A DNA stretch of 64,000 nucleotides from Rhodoplanes sp. Z2-YC6860 (GTDB taxonomy: Bacteria; Pseudomonadota; Alphaproteobacteria; Rhizobiales; Xanthobacteraceae): assembly GCF_001579845.1 (NCBI RefSeq), contig NZ_CP007440.1:2810029-2874028 (forward strand), written 5' to 3'. Shown here piece by piece: positions 9,433 through 18,985 of the stretch; the first letter of the stretch is position 1; each line of letters starts with the position of its first letter. Under the pieces are notes generated by a model, which saw only the letters and a program-made list of their open reading frames with translations, was not told where the DNA came from and searched no databases. Made by a program: the position numbers and the translations under genes.

Positions 9433-9643
9433 CGCAATGGTCCCCGACAGACGCTGCGCCAGTTTATCAGCCGCCCGGTGACCCATCGCCTGCACTGCAG
9501 CGGCTGGCAGAGGGTGCGCCGGCAGGAATAATTCGCCGTTAATTTTTGAATGCAAGCTGGTTGGAGTTTTGATTTGCAGGCCCGCTTCAGGGCATGGTGG
9601 CAGCCTGAGCAAACTTTGGGGCGGCAACGGCAGGGGAGCTGAG

Positions 9644-10411
9644 ATGGCTAGGCTTGCGGGAAAGAGCGCAATCGTGACCGGTGGCGCGGTCGGCATCGGC
9701 CGGCATTATTCGCAGGCGCTCGCCGCCGAGGGCGCGCAGGTGATGATCGCCGACATCAAGGACGGCTCCGGCGTTGCCGCAGAGATCGCGGCGAAGCACG
9801 GCAGCAACTCCACGGCGAGTTTTCAGTTCGACGTCAGCGACGAGGCGCAGTGCAAGGCGCTGGTCGCCAAGACTATCGAGCGCTTCGGCAAGATCGACAT
9901 CCTGATCAACAACGCTGCGCTCTACGCGCCGCTGCCCACTGTCGGCGTCACCGAGATGGACGTGGAACTGTGGGACAAGGTGATGGCGGTGAACATTCGC
10001 GGGCCATTCCTGATGACCAAGCACGTCGCGCCGCACATGATCGCCCGGAAAAGCGGCAAGATCGTCAACATCGGCTCCGGCACGGTCGCCCGCGGCATCC
10101 CGGATTTTTCCCACTACGTCACCTCGAAGGGCGCGGTGACGGCGTTTACCCGCTGCACGTCGCGTGAGCTCGGCGCCCACGGCATCTGCGTCAACACACT
10201 GGCGCCGGGCTACACGCTGTCCGACACCGGTCTCACCAACGCGGTGCACGTGGAGCAGTCCAAGGCCGCGGCGATCCAGCGCAGGGCGCTCAAGCGCGAC
10301 GAGTATCCGGAGGACCTGTTGGGCACATTGGTGTTCCTGTGCTCGGCCGACAGCGACTTCATGACCGGGCAGGTGATCACGGTCGACGGCGGAGCCAACA
10401 ACACCGCGTGA
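9644..10411 (+). CDS. SDR family oxidoreductase
   Basis: TGGAVGIG dinucleotide-binding motif and YxxxK catalytic motif. 255 aa from the ATG at 9644. Confidence 0.85.
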   Translation: MARLAGKSAIVTGGAVGIGRHYSQALAAEGAQVMIADIKDGSGVAAEIAAKHGSNSTASFQFDVSDEAQCKALVAKTIERFGKIDILINNAALYAPLPTVGVTEMDVELWDKVMAVNIRGPFLMTKHVAPHMIARKSGKIVNIGSGTVARGIPDFSHYVTSKGAVTAFTRCTSRELGAHGICVNTLAPGYTLSDTGLTNAVHVEQSKAAAIQRRALKRDEYPEDLLGTLVFLCSADSDFMTGQVITVDGGANNTA

Positions 10412-10424
10412 TTCCGTGTTGGTG

Positions 10425-10575
10425 TTGCGATTTGGTCCCCTCGCCCCGCGAAGCGGGGAGAGGGTCCCGAGCGAAGGCGAGGGGGGGAGAGGGGTGCTGC
10501 AGCTAGAAGAGCCCTCTCCCGGCTCGCCTTCGCTCGCGACCCTCTCCCGCAAAGGCGGGAGAGGGGACAAGAGCC
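10425..10575. repeat. REP-like palindrome cluster
   Basis: ccctcgccccgcgaagcggggagaggg and ccctctcccgcaaaggcgggagagggg palindromes. Confidence 0.55.
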
Positions 10576-10749
10576 GCGGCGCTGCCCGATAGGGGAAATT
10601 GCACCAAAACCCTGACAAGACCCGCAAATCGCGAATACCGCGAGGGTTCGAGGCCCGCTATCAATTCATAGCAAAATCATTATGTTTGGGCGAAATGAGC
10701 CCGGTTTGCCCTGTCGCAGAGCCGGATTTGGAAATCCAAGGAGGACCGC

Positions 10750-11805
10750 ATGTCCGTCGCCACCCTCGATCCCAAACACAATGTGACGGGCAACCGTCAG
10801 GCCTACTACGACAAGATCAGCAAGAAGGACATGGCGCCGCTGTGGGAGGTGCTCCGCAACGTCGTCACCAAGGAGCCGAAGTCGAAGTGCTCGCCGAACC
10901 TCTGGAAGTTCGACGAGGTCAAGAAGCTGATGCTCGAAGCCGGCGATGTGATCTCGGCCGAGGAGGCTGAGCGCCGCGTGCTCGTCCTGGAAAATCCGTC
11001 GCTGCGCGGTCAGTCGCGCATCACCAATTCTCTCTTTGCCGGCATCCAGCTCATCATGCCAGGCGAGATCGCCGAAGCCCATCAGCACGTCTCGTCGGCC
11101 ATCCGCCTGGTGCTCGACGGCAACGGCGCCTACACCGCGGTCGAGGGCGAGAAGGCCAGCATGGCGCGGGGCGACTTCATCCTCACCCCGAACTGGGCGC
11201 CGCACGACCACGGCAATCCCGGCAAGGAGCCGGTGATGTGGCTCGACGTGCTCGACATGCCGACCGTCAACCACTTCGAGACGTCGTTCATGACGCACTT
11301 CGACGAGAAGGCGCAGAACACCGCGCGGCAGGACGGCGACTCGCTCGACCGCTACGGCTCGGGCGTGCTGCCGGACGGCACGACGCTCGACACCTTCAAG
11401 ACGCGCAGCCCGGTCATCAACTACACCTATGCCCGCACCAAGCCGATCATCGAGCGGATGCTCAAGGCCGGCGACGTCGATCCGGTTCACGGGGCCCGCG
11501 TGCGCTATTCCAACCCGGTCACCGGCGGCCACGTCATGGCGACCATGGGCGCCTACCTCGCGCTGTTCCCGAAGGGCTTCAAGGGTAAGGACTATCAGTC
11601 GACCGACGGCACGATCTTCGTCTGCGTCGAAGGCCACGGCTCGACCAAGGTCGGCGACAAGGTGCTGGAGTGGGGCCCGAACGACGTGTTCGTGGTGCCG
11701 TCGTGGCACAAATACGCCCACGACATGAACGAGGAGTCGGTGCTGTTCTCGATCTCCGATAAGCCGGCGCAGGAAGCGCTGGGCATCTGGCGCGAGAAGA
11801 AGTAA
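10750..11805 (+). CDS. Gentisate 1,2-dioxygenase-like bicupin
   Basis: 351 aa. Two cupin modules; the first carries an HQH...E metal motif. Length and architecture match the GDO / 1-hydroxy-2-naphthoate dioxygenase family. GGAGGA RBS. Confidence 0.65.
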   Translation: MSVATLDPKHNVTGNRQAYYDKISKKDMAPLWEVLRNVVTKEPKSKCSPNLWKFDEVKKLMLEAGDVISAEEAERRVLVLENPSLRGQSRITNSLFAGIQLIMPGEIAEAHQHVSSAIRLVLDGNGAYTAVEGEKASMARGDFILTPNWAPHDHGNPGKEPVMWLDVLDMPTVNHFETSFMTHFDEKAQNTARQDGDSLDRYGSGVLPDGTTLDTFKTRSPVINYTYARTKPIIERMLKAGDVDPVHGARVRYSNPVTGGHVMATMGAYLALFPKGFKGKDYQSTDGTIFVCVEGHGSTKVGDKVLEWGPNDVFVVPSWHKYAHDMNEESVLFSISDKPAQEALGIWREKK

Positions 11806-11834
11806 CGCGCTGAATTCGTTTTGTTGAGTTCGAT

Positions 11835-11866
11835 GCCCCGTCGCAAGGCGGGGCATTTGTTTTTGG
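11835..11866 (+). terminator. Rho-independent terminator
   Basis: gccccg-tcgcaagg-cggggc hairpin followed by atttgtttttgg. Confidence 0.7.
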
Positions 11867-11867
11867 C

Positions 11868-11990
11868 GCTCTCTCCGCCGTCATTCCGGGGCGCCGCGAA
11901 GCGGCGAACCCGGAATCCAGACGGAAATTCAGTGCTAGGTAATGGATTCCGGGTTCGCGCCTTCGGCGCGCCCCGGAATGACGGCATGCC
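11868..11990. repeat. REP-like long inverted repeat
   Basis: cgtcattccggggcgccgcgaagcggcgaacccggaatcc ... ggattccgggttcgcgccttcggcgcgccccggaatgacgg. Confidence 0.55.
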
Positions 11991-14147
11991 TTAAGCCGGC
12001 GCTGCCGTGGTGGTTACATTGCGCCTTCGCCGCAAATGATCGAACACCAGCAGCGCGATGCCGGCGCCGATGCCGATGAAGTTGATCGTGTAGCCCACGC
12101 TCCCGCTGAACGACTCCGGCGGCAGCGCGATCGGCAGCGCCAGGCCGCCATAGACGAAGCGCATTGCGGTGGTGAGCGGCGTCAGCGCGAAGCCCACGAT
12201 TGCCGCTGTGCCGACGAACAGTGCGAACAGGATGCGCACGAAATTCCAGACGATCAGATAGGTCGGCCCATCCATCAGCAGGCTCGGCGTGAGCACGAAC
12301 AGGAACGGCAGGATGAAGGTGCTCCAGCCGACGAGACACGCGATCCAGCCTGTGGTCCAGCCGTCGGTGCGGGCGATGTTGGCGGCCGCATAGGCGGCGA
12401 ACGCCACCGGCGGTGTGATCATCGACAGCATGCCGTTGTACATCACGAACATATGCGCGGCCATCGGCGTGACGCCGAGCTTGACCAGCGCCGGCGCGAG
12501 CAGTGTCGCGGTGAGGATGTAGACGCTCACCGTGGGCAGCCCGATGCCGAGCACAAAAGCGAGCACCGCGATGAGCAGCAGCAGCAGGAACACGTTGTCG
12601 CCGGACAGTGCCAGCAACTGCAAGGTCATGCTGAAGGCAAGACCCGAAATGCTCATGACGCCGACCATGATGCCGGCGGCGGCACCGATCAGGATGATGT
12701 CCAGCGAGACGCGGCCGCTCTCGATGATGGCAACGGTGATTTCGCGGATCGAGGTGCGCTTGCCGCGATAGCCGAAGATCAGGGTCAGAACGATCAAAAG
12801 GGCGGTGGAGGCAACGGCGGCCTTCTCCGGCGTCAGCAGCAGCACCTCGGGATAGATCAGCGCGATGACCAGAAAGAAGATCGGCACCAGGAAGTGCCAG
12901 CCGGATTTGATGATCGTGCTGAGCGGCGCCATCTCCTCGGAATCGACGCCGCCGATGCCGTGCTTCGCCGCCTCGAGATCGACGTGGATGAACAGGCAGG
13001 CGTAATACAGCACGGCCGGGATCGCGGCGGCGATGCACACTGCGCCGTAAGACACTTGCAGGAATTCGGCCATGATGAAGGCCGCGGCGCCCATCACCGG
13101 CGGCATCAATTGGCCGCCGGTCGATCCGACCGACTCGATTGCGGCGGCGCGATAGGCCGAGAAGCCGGACTTCTTCATCGCCGGAATGGTGACGACGCCG
13201 ACCGCGAGCACGTTCGACACCGCGCTGCCGGAGATCATGCCGAACAAGGCCGAGCCGACGACCGCGATCTTCGCTGCGCCGCCGCGGAAGCGCCACATCG
13301 CAGACATTGCCAGGTCCGAGAAGAAATCCGCGCCGCCGGTGCGGGCCAGCACCTGGCCGAGGATGGTGTACGGGATCACCACGAGGACGGCGACCTGCAG
13401 GATCGAGCCGATCATGCCGTTCACGTCGAGACCGACGTAAGCGACCATGCGTTCTGGGCTGACCCAGCGGGTCTGGAAATCGCCGGGCGAGAACGGGCTG
13501 ATGTAAACGTAGACCGCGATCGCCAGAATGATGGCGACAAAGCCCCAGCCCGAGATGCGGCGGCTCGCCTCCAGCACCAGGAACGTCAGGATCGCGCTAC
13601 CGAGCACGCCCTCGAAGGGCAGCATCGCAAGCTCGTAGGTCAACGCCTCGTAGCGGACGGTGATGTAGGCGCAGAGCGCAAGCGACACCGAAGCGCAGAC
13701 CCAGTCGAGCCCGCGCGCCACCGACATGCGGTTGGCCGCGAAGGTCCAGGCGAGCGCGGCGGCCAAACCCGCCACGGCGGGCCAGGCCACCACGCCGTCA
13801 TGCTGATAGTGATAGACCAGATAGACCGCGATGGTCAGCGCCGTGATGGCGCCGCCGAGATCGAAGGCGTCGGCCTTGCGCGTGGCCTCGGTGATGAAGG
13901 CCAGCGCCAACGTCAGGCCCAGCGTTACGGCAAGCAGCTGCTCGGTGTAAAACGACATGCCGAACACCTGACGCGGCACGTCGAGCACCCAAAGCACCAC
14001 GCACGCGACCAGCAGCGCCTGGATCGTCATCGAGGCGATGACCGTTGCCCTCGACGACTCGGCCGCGAACTCCTCGGTGCTGGCGATGAAACGCTCTTCC
14101 GACGCCGCCGAAATATGAGCGCCGGGCGCTTGCTGCTGATCGGTCAC
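11991..14147 (-). CDS. TRAP transporter fused permease (TAXI-type DctQ/DctM fusion)
   Basis: 718 aa, at least 16 TM segments. Adjacent to TAXI solute receptors. GTG start with GGAG RBS. Confidence 0.85.
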   Translation of the reverse strand: MTDQQQAPGAHISAASEERFIASTEEFAAESSRATVIASMTIQALLVACVVLWVLDVPRQVFGMSFYTEQLLAVTLGLTLALAFITEATRKADAFDLGGAITALTIAVYLVYHYQHDGVVAWPAVAGLAAALAWTFAANRMSVARGLDWVCASVSLALCAYITVRYEALTYELAMLPFEGVLGSAILTFLVLEASRRISGWGFVAIILAIAVYVYISPFSPGDFQTRWVSPERMVAYVGLDVNGMIGSILQVAVLVVIPYTILGQVLARTGGADFFSDLAMSAMWRFRGGAAKIAVVGSALFGMISGSAVSNVLAVGVVTIPAMKKSGFSAYRAAAIESVGSTGGQLMPPVMGAAAFIMAEFLQVSYGAVCIAAAIPAVLYYACLFIHVDLEAAKHGIGGVDSEEMAPLSTIIKSGWHFLVPIFFLVIALIYPEVLLLTPEKAAVASTALLIVLTLIFGYRGKRTSIREITVAIIESGRVSLDIILIGAAAGIMVGVMSISGLAFSMTLQLLALSGDNVFLLLLLIAVLAFVLGIGLPTVSVYILTATLLAPALVKLGVTPMAAHMFVMYNGMLSMITPPVAFAAYAAANIARTDGWTTGWIACLVGWSTFILPFLFVLTPSLLMDGPTYLIVWNFVRILFALFVGTAAIVGFALTPLTTAMRFVYGGLALPIALPPESFSGSVGYTINFIGIGAGIALLVFDHLRRRRNVTTTAAPA

Positions 14148-14162
14148 GCGGCAGTTCTCCGA

Positions 14163-15140
14163 TCAATAGGCTTTCGCTTCGATCTTGTGGTCCTGGAAGT
14201 ATTTTAGCGCGCCCGGGTGATAGGTCATCTCGTGCTTGCGATACATCGTGTCGACCGAGAAGTCGTTCATCGCCGGCGCGGTCGCCACCATGTCGGGCTT
14301 GTTCTTCGCCATGGTGTCGATGATCTTCTCGACGGTCTCGTTCTTCATCTTGGAGTTGGTGAACAGGATGTAGTCCATGCTGTAGACGTTCATGGGCTCC
14401 AGCACGCCGACATAGGCCGGGATCGGCTTCACGTCGCTGAAATAGCCATAGGGGAAGATCTTGCGGCTCGCCGCGAGGCCTTCCGGTGTGTCGCCGACTT
14501 TCACGGCACGCACGCCGCCGACCGTGGCGTCAGCCTCACGCACCTTCGGGCCGCCGAACGAGAACATGAACATGTCGTTGGAGCCGGACATGAAGTCGTC
14601 GCCGCCACGCAGCACGTTCGGCACCATCACGGGCTTGACATCCGCCAGCGTAAGATTGGCGGTGGCGAGCATCGCCTGTGTGTTCTTGTCGAGGGTGCGC
14701 ATCGCCGAATAGCCGGCCGGCACGCGCTTGCCCTTGACGTCGGCCATATTGACGATGCCGCTGTCTTTCCTGGCGAAGAAGCCCATGCGCAGCACATAGA
14801 TCGAGCCGATCACGCGCAGATCGTTCTGCAGCTTGCCGGTCTGGATGCCCTCGACGACCTCGAGCATGTTGGCCATGCCGAGGTCGATCTCGCCGCGCGC
14901 CACCATCGGGATCAGCACCGACTCGCCGGCGGTCGCTTGGACGAGCGTGTTGAGGCCGCCCTTTTCCTTCAGCGTCTTGGCGATCGCGGATGCGACCGTG
15001 TTGGCGAGCGTGCCGGGCTGCATGGTGGCAAGCCCATAGGTCTGCGCTGTCGCGGACCCGCCGCCGAAGACGATCGTTGCGGCGAGTGCCGCGCCGAACA
15101 ATCCATGCCGAAGCATCACACGTCTGCTGCTGCCATTCAT
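14163..15140 (-). CDS. TAXI family TRAP transporter solute receptor (copy 1)
   Basis: 325 aa. Signal peptide then the TAXI (TRAP-associated extracytoplasmic immunogenic) fold. GGGAGCGAG RBS. Confidence 0.85.
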   Translation of the reverse strand: MNGSSRRVMLRHGLFGAALAATIVFGGGSATAQTYGLATMQPGTLANTVASAIAKTLKEKGGLNTLVQATAGESVLIPMVARGEIDLGMANMLEVVEGIQTGKLQNDLRVIGSIYVLRMGFFARKDSGIVNMADVKGKRVPAGYSAMRTLDKNTQAMLATANLTLADVKPVMVPNVLRGGDDFMSGSNDMFMFSFGGPKVREADATVGGVRAVKVGDTPEGLAASRKIFPYGYFSDVKPIPAYVGVLEPMNVYSMDYILFTNSKMKNETVEKIIDTMAKNKPDMVATAPAMNDFSVDTMYRKHEMTYHPGALKYFQDHKIEAKAY

Positions 15141-15159
15141 TTGTCTCGCTCCCCGCTGA

Positions 15160-16125
15160 CTAGTCGATGGGCTTGGCTGTGAGGTTCTTTTCCTTGAAGT
15201 ATTTCAGCGCGCCCGGATGGTACGGCACGCCGTATTGTTTGTAGGCGGTCTCCGCGGAGAATTCGCGAAGCACCGGCTGCACCGCGACCAGCTCGTCCTT
15301 GTTCTTCACCATCAGGTCGAGGACCTTGTAGACCAAGTCCTCCGGCACCTTGGCCGACGCGATCAAAACGTTGTCGAAGCTGTAGACCTTCATCGGTTTG
15401 TCGACGCCGGTGAAGATCGCGCCTGGCGAAACGTCGGTCAGATAAGCCCAGGGCATGATCTTGCGGGCCGCGGCCATGTTGGCTGCGTCGAGCTCCAACG
15501 CACGGATGCCGCCGACGGTGGCGTCGGCCTCCTTCACCTTCGGCCCGCCGAAGGCAAAGGAAAACATGTCGGCATTGCCGGCCATGAACTCGTCGGCGCT
15601 GCGCACCACGTTCGGCACCAGCACCGGCTTGACGTCGGCCTCTGTCAGGCCAGCGGTCGCGAGCATCGAGCGCATGGTCTTGTCGATGTTGCGCATCGCC
15701 GAATAGCCAAGCGTCACGCGCTTGCCCTTGAGATCGGCGGTAGTGAGCATGCCGGAATCCTTGCGCACGAACATCGGCGTGCGCAGCGGATGGACCACGG
15801 CGACGAGGCGCATGTCCTTGAACTGGCCGTCGAGCGCGTCCTGCGCCTCCATGATGTTGGTGATGCCGATCTCGACCTCGCCGCGGCCGACCATCGGATT
15901 GATCACCTGGTCGCCGGCGGTCGGCTGCACCAGCATGTTGATGCCGCCCTTGTCCTTGAGGACCTTGGCAATGGCGGAGGCGGTGGTGTGATTGAGCGTG
16001 CCGGGCGGCAGCGTGGCAAAGCCCATGGGCTGCGCCGAGGCGGGCGCGGCGGAAAGGCCAAAGATCAATGCAAGCGCAGCAGCGCCGGACAGCGACAAAA
16101 CAGCCGCGCGAACGAGCTTCAGCAT
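15160..16125 (-). CDS. TAXI family TRAP transporter solute receptor (copy 2)
   Basis: 321 aa from MLKLVRAAV. Paralog of copy 1, co-linear throughout. GGGAGGAAG RBS. Confidence 0.85.
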   Translation of the reverse strand: MLKLVRAAVLSLSGAAALALIFGLSAAPASAQPMGFATLPPGTLNHTTASAIAKVLKDKGGINMLVQPTAGDQVINPMVGRGEVEIGITNIMEAQDALDGQFKDMRLVAVVHPLRTPMFVRKDSGMLTTADLKGKRVTLGYSAMRNIDKTMRSMLATAGLTEADVKPVLVPNVVRSADEFMAGNADMFSFAFGGPKVKEADATVGGIRALELDAANMAAARKIMPWAYLTDVSPGAIFTGVDKPMKVYSFDNVLIASAKVPEDLVYKVLDLMVKNKDELVAVQPVLREFSAETAYKQYGVPYHPGALKYFKEKNLTAKPID

Positions 16126-16261
16126 CGTTGGCTTCCTCCCCCAAGGTGCGACGTCCGGCGGTGCGAGGCCGGTATGTTTTTTGGCGGAGTGGTTCCCCGC
16201 ACGGCAATCATTGCACAGCGCGGCAGGCAAGGCGAGACGCGGGTGTGAGTTCGCGGCGGTC

Positions 16262-17197
16262 TCAGCGCGGCGCGACACCAAACCCGCCGGCACGGTCGAG
16301 CACGATGCGTCCGGCGGCGGCGGCGCAAGCCCAGCGCGCGGTTGCAGCCGCGCCGCCGAACGAGAAGAAGTGCGCCGATACACGCCCCAGCGCTCTTTCG
16401 CCGCAGCTTTCTGCAAGCGGCCGGATGATGCGGTCGGGCGTGCTGACGCCGAGCAGATGCTTCACCAGGCCTGGCTGGCAGGCAAGGCCGCGCGCCGAGG
16501 CGCGGACGCCGCACAAGCGCGCAAAGCGCATCAGCGCGGCGACGTTCGCAGGCCCCGCCATGCCGATCTGAACCGGGTGCTCGATGCCGAGCGCGCGCAG
16601 GCGCTCGATCCAGTTGGCGATGGCCGCGGCGTCGAAGCAGAACTGCGTGACGATCGTGACCGCGAGTCCGGTCTGCTCGGCGGCCTCGATCTTGGCCACA
16701 AGCGCACGGTCGAGCGCTTCCGTTGACAGCCGCAGGTGACCTTCGGGATAGCCGGCGATACCGATCTCGACAATGCCGTGCCGCTGCAACAGTCCGGTGT
16801 CGATCAATTCGAGCGCGCTGGTGAAGGGCCCAGCGGCGGTTGCGACATCGCCGCCGATGACGAGGGCACGCCGTACATTGGCCCATCGCGACAGCCGCGA
16901 CAGCAGATCTTCAAGCGCCGCACGGCTTTCGATGCGGCGCGCAGCGATATGCGGCACCGGCTCGAAGCCTTGGGCCCGGAGCCGGGTCGCCGCCGCAATC
17001 AGCTCGGACAGCGGGCTGTTCGGGATGGCTGGGACATACACCGGCGTTTTCGCCGGCAGCACCGATTTCAATTCGATCAGATCGGCGTCGGACGGCCGCG
17101 TGATCTCCATCGAGAAGTGACGGAGAAAGGCCGTGACGAGCGGCGCGGTTTCGTTGCGCTCGTTGGCGAGCGGCTGGCGCAGCAACGTGAGAGGCAT
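16262..17197 (-). CDS. metF: 5,10-methylenetetrahydrofolate reductase
   Basis: EIGIAGYPEGH and TQFCFD motifs of MetF. 311 aa. GAGAGG RBS. 16-nt gap after the upstream methyltransferase-like gene. Confidence 0.8.
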   Translation of the reverse strand: MPLTLLRQPLANERNETAPLVTAFLRHFSMEITRPSDADLIELKSVLPAKTPVYVPAIPNSPLSELIAAATRLRAQGFEPVPHIAARRIESRAALEDLLSRLSRWANVRRALVIGGDVATAAGPFTSALELIDTGLLQRHGIVEIGIAGYPEGHLRLSTEALDRALVAKIEAAEQTGLAVTIVTQFCFDAAAIANWIERLRALGIEHPVQIGMAGPANVAALMRFARLCGVRASARGLACQPGLVKHLLGVSTPDRIIRPLAESCGERALGRVSAHFFSFGGAAATARWACAAAAGRIVLDRAGGFGVAPR

Positions 17198-17213
17198 GGC
17201 GCGGCCTCTCACG

Positions 17214-18728
17214 TCATTCGCGGCGTCTCGATATCACGTAGGACTCGTCGATGAACCACAGCCCGCCGTGCTTCTGCAGCACCTCGGCGGTGGCTTCGAG
17301 GTAGCGGCTGTCGTTCGCGGCTTCGGCCACGCGATGGTCCTCGACCTGGGACACGTAGATCGCGGCATTCCACGCCGCGAACAATGTCGAGGTGCCGATC
17401 GAGGACTCCTGCGTGATCTCGCTCGGCAGCGTGTGCATGTCGTAGCGGAACAGCGACCGGTTATCCGCATAGGCGTTGAAGTTGAGATCGCGGCCTGCGG
17501 ACCCGAGCTCCTGCTTCACCGTCTTCATGATCTGATGGCGGTCGTGCAGGAATGGATTGTCGCCGGGCCAGACCTTCTGGATGATCTCGTGGCCGGGATC
17601 GTTGCCGTGCGAATGGATCGCGATCAGCCGGCCGCCAGGCCCCAGCGCGCGGGCGAGCGGCGCGATCACGCGCTTGGCCTTGAATTCGAGCGAAGCGCGG
17701 GCGCGATAAGGCTGTGACGCGATGACGAGGTCGTAGTTGGCGACGGTGCCGCCGGGCCTCGGCAGGATCGGATCGAGCAGGAACTTGTGGTCCTCGCGGT
17801 AAATCACGAGCACCACAGGCCGCTCGTACACTGGATTGCCGGTCTTGGGGCTGACGCCGGCCTTCCAGTTTTCGTTGAGGAACGGCACCAAGTCGGTAAT
17901 CTGCTGCTCGAACTGGTGCGACGAGTTTCCGGTCAGCGCCACCTCGTGCCACACCATGCTGGAGGCCGCCGACAGCGACTTCACGTGGAGCCACGGCGCG
18001 TCCGCATAGGCCAGGTTGGTCAGCACCAACACAGTCGCCGGATGCTCGGTGAAGCGGTCGGACATCTTCTGCGTGGCGAGGCGCACGTCCTCGAGGCTGA
18101 TCTCCTTGCCGACCACATAGAACGGCGTGTGCGGGAAGCGATCGTGCATCGTGCGCATCACCCGCGTCAGCACCGTGCCGTCTCCGACGCCGGCGTCGAA
18201 CAGGCGCAGCGCCGGCGGCCGCGGATGGATGTTGGCGAGCTCCATCGACACGCGATGCGCCACCACCCACTTCTCCGAACAGGTGTTGACGAACAGCAGG
18301 TACTTCTGCCGGTTGTCGAAGAAGCGGAAGTTGCGTTGCGGGTCGGGACCGCCGGCACCGCCGCCGTGGCCGTTCGGTGTCGGCACCGGCGCGCCGTGCG
18401 GCACTGGCATCGGCATGCTCATCGCAGGCGCGGGTCGCGGGGCGGGCGCGAGGGTCGCCGCCGAGGCCGTCACGATGGCTGGAGCCGCTATCGCTTCCGC
18501 GCTGCGGTCGATGGTGCGCGGGATAACGGTCGGCCGCGCCGAAAGGCTGGCGTTGCTCGTCATGAAGTTGCGGATGCGGTCGAGCGTCTCGGTGGTGATG
18601 CGGCCGCCGTGGCGAAGGCGGCTGGCGAGCTTGCCGTCATTGACGGCTCTGCGGCCGAAGGTGGATTCGGCGAGGCCGGTCTGGCGGCAATAGTCGGAAA
18701 TTTCCTGCAACAGCTCTTGGGCGTTCAT
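17214..18728 (-). CDS. Three-part protein: N-terminal HTH-like domain, Pro/Ala-rich linker, large class-I SAM-dependent methyltransferase-like domain
   Basis: 504 aa. Residues 1-60 look like a small DNA-binding module, residues 65-135 are a low-complexity P/A-rich stretch, and LRLFDAGVGDGTVL is a SAM motif I. Cotranscribed with metF. Confidence 0.55.
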   Translation of the reverse strand: MNAQELLQEISDYCRQTGLAESTFGRRAVNDGKLASRLRHGGRITTETLDRIRNFMTSNASLSARPTVIPRTIDRSAEAIAAPAIVTASAATLAPAPRPAPAMSMPMPVPHGAPVPTPNGHGGGAGGPDPQRNFRFFDNRQKYLLFVNTCSEKWVVAHRVSMELANIHPRPPALRLFDAGVGDGTVLTRVMRTMHDRFPHTPFYVVGKEISLEDVRLATQKMSDRFTEHPATVLVLTNLAYADAPWLHVKSLSAASSMVWHEVALTGNSSHQFEQQITDLVPFLNENWKAGVSPKTGNPVYERPVVLVIYREDHKFLLDPILPRPGGTVANYDLVIASQPYRARASLEFKAKRVIAPLARALGPGGRLIAIHSHGNDPGHEIIQKVWPGDNPFLHDRHQIMKTVKQELGSAGRDLNFNAYADNRSLFRYDMHTLPSEITQESSIGTSTLFAAWNAAIYVSQVEDHRVAEAANDSRYLEATAEVLQKHGGLWFIDESYVISRRRE

Positions 18729-18921
18729 GGCGGCGCTCCGGTGTCTCCTCCGGTCCCACGCCGTGCCGGTTTATGCCGGCTTGGTCGCTCCGCGCGCCAT
18801 CCGATCCGGCGAGAATGCCGAAGCGATATGGGTTTTCGCGGGCCGCGACAGGCGTGGGCCCGGCTCCAATGCGACCAATTCCGGTTGAGCACGTCAACCA
18901 CAATTTATCCCACTCGGCCAG

Positions 18922-18946
18922 TGGGCAAATATATGGGCAAATGCCC
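18922..18946. promoter_or_regulatory. Candidate operator: TGGGCAAAT direct repeats overlapping palindrome GGGCA-AA-TGCCC
   Basis: tgggcaaat-ata-tgggcaaat-gccca in the AT-rich region about 200 bp upstream of the 17214..18728 gene. Confidence 0.3.
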
Positions 18947-18985
18947 AATTTTATAAGATGCTGAATTATATTGATTTATCGGCAT

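Noticed and set aside
17214-18960. SahR regulator, or a SAM-II riboswitch in front of metF
   Set aside because: The upstream protein lacks an ArsR-type HTH, so it is not canonical SahR. The leader lacks the GAUUUUU...GCUAAAAAA pseudoknot pattern of SAM-II.
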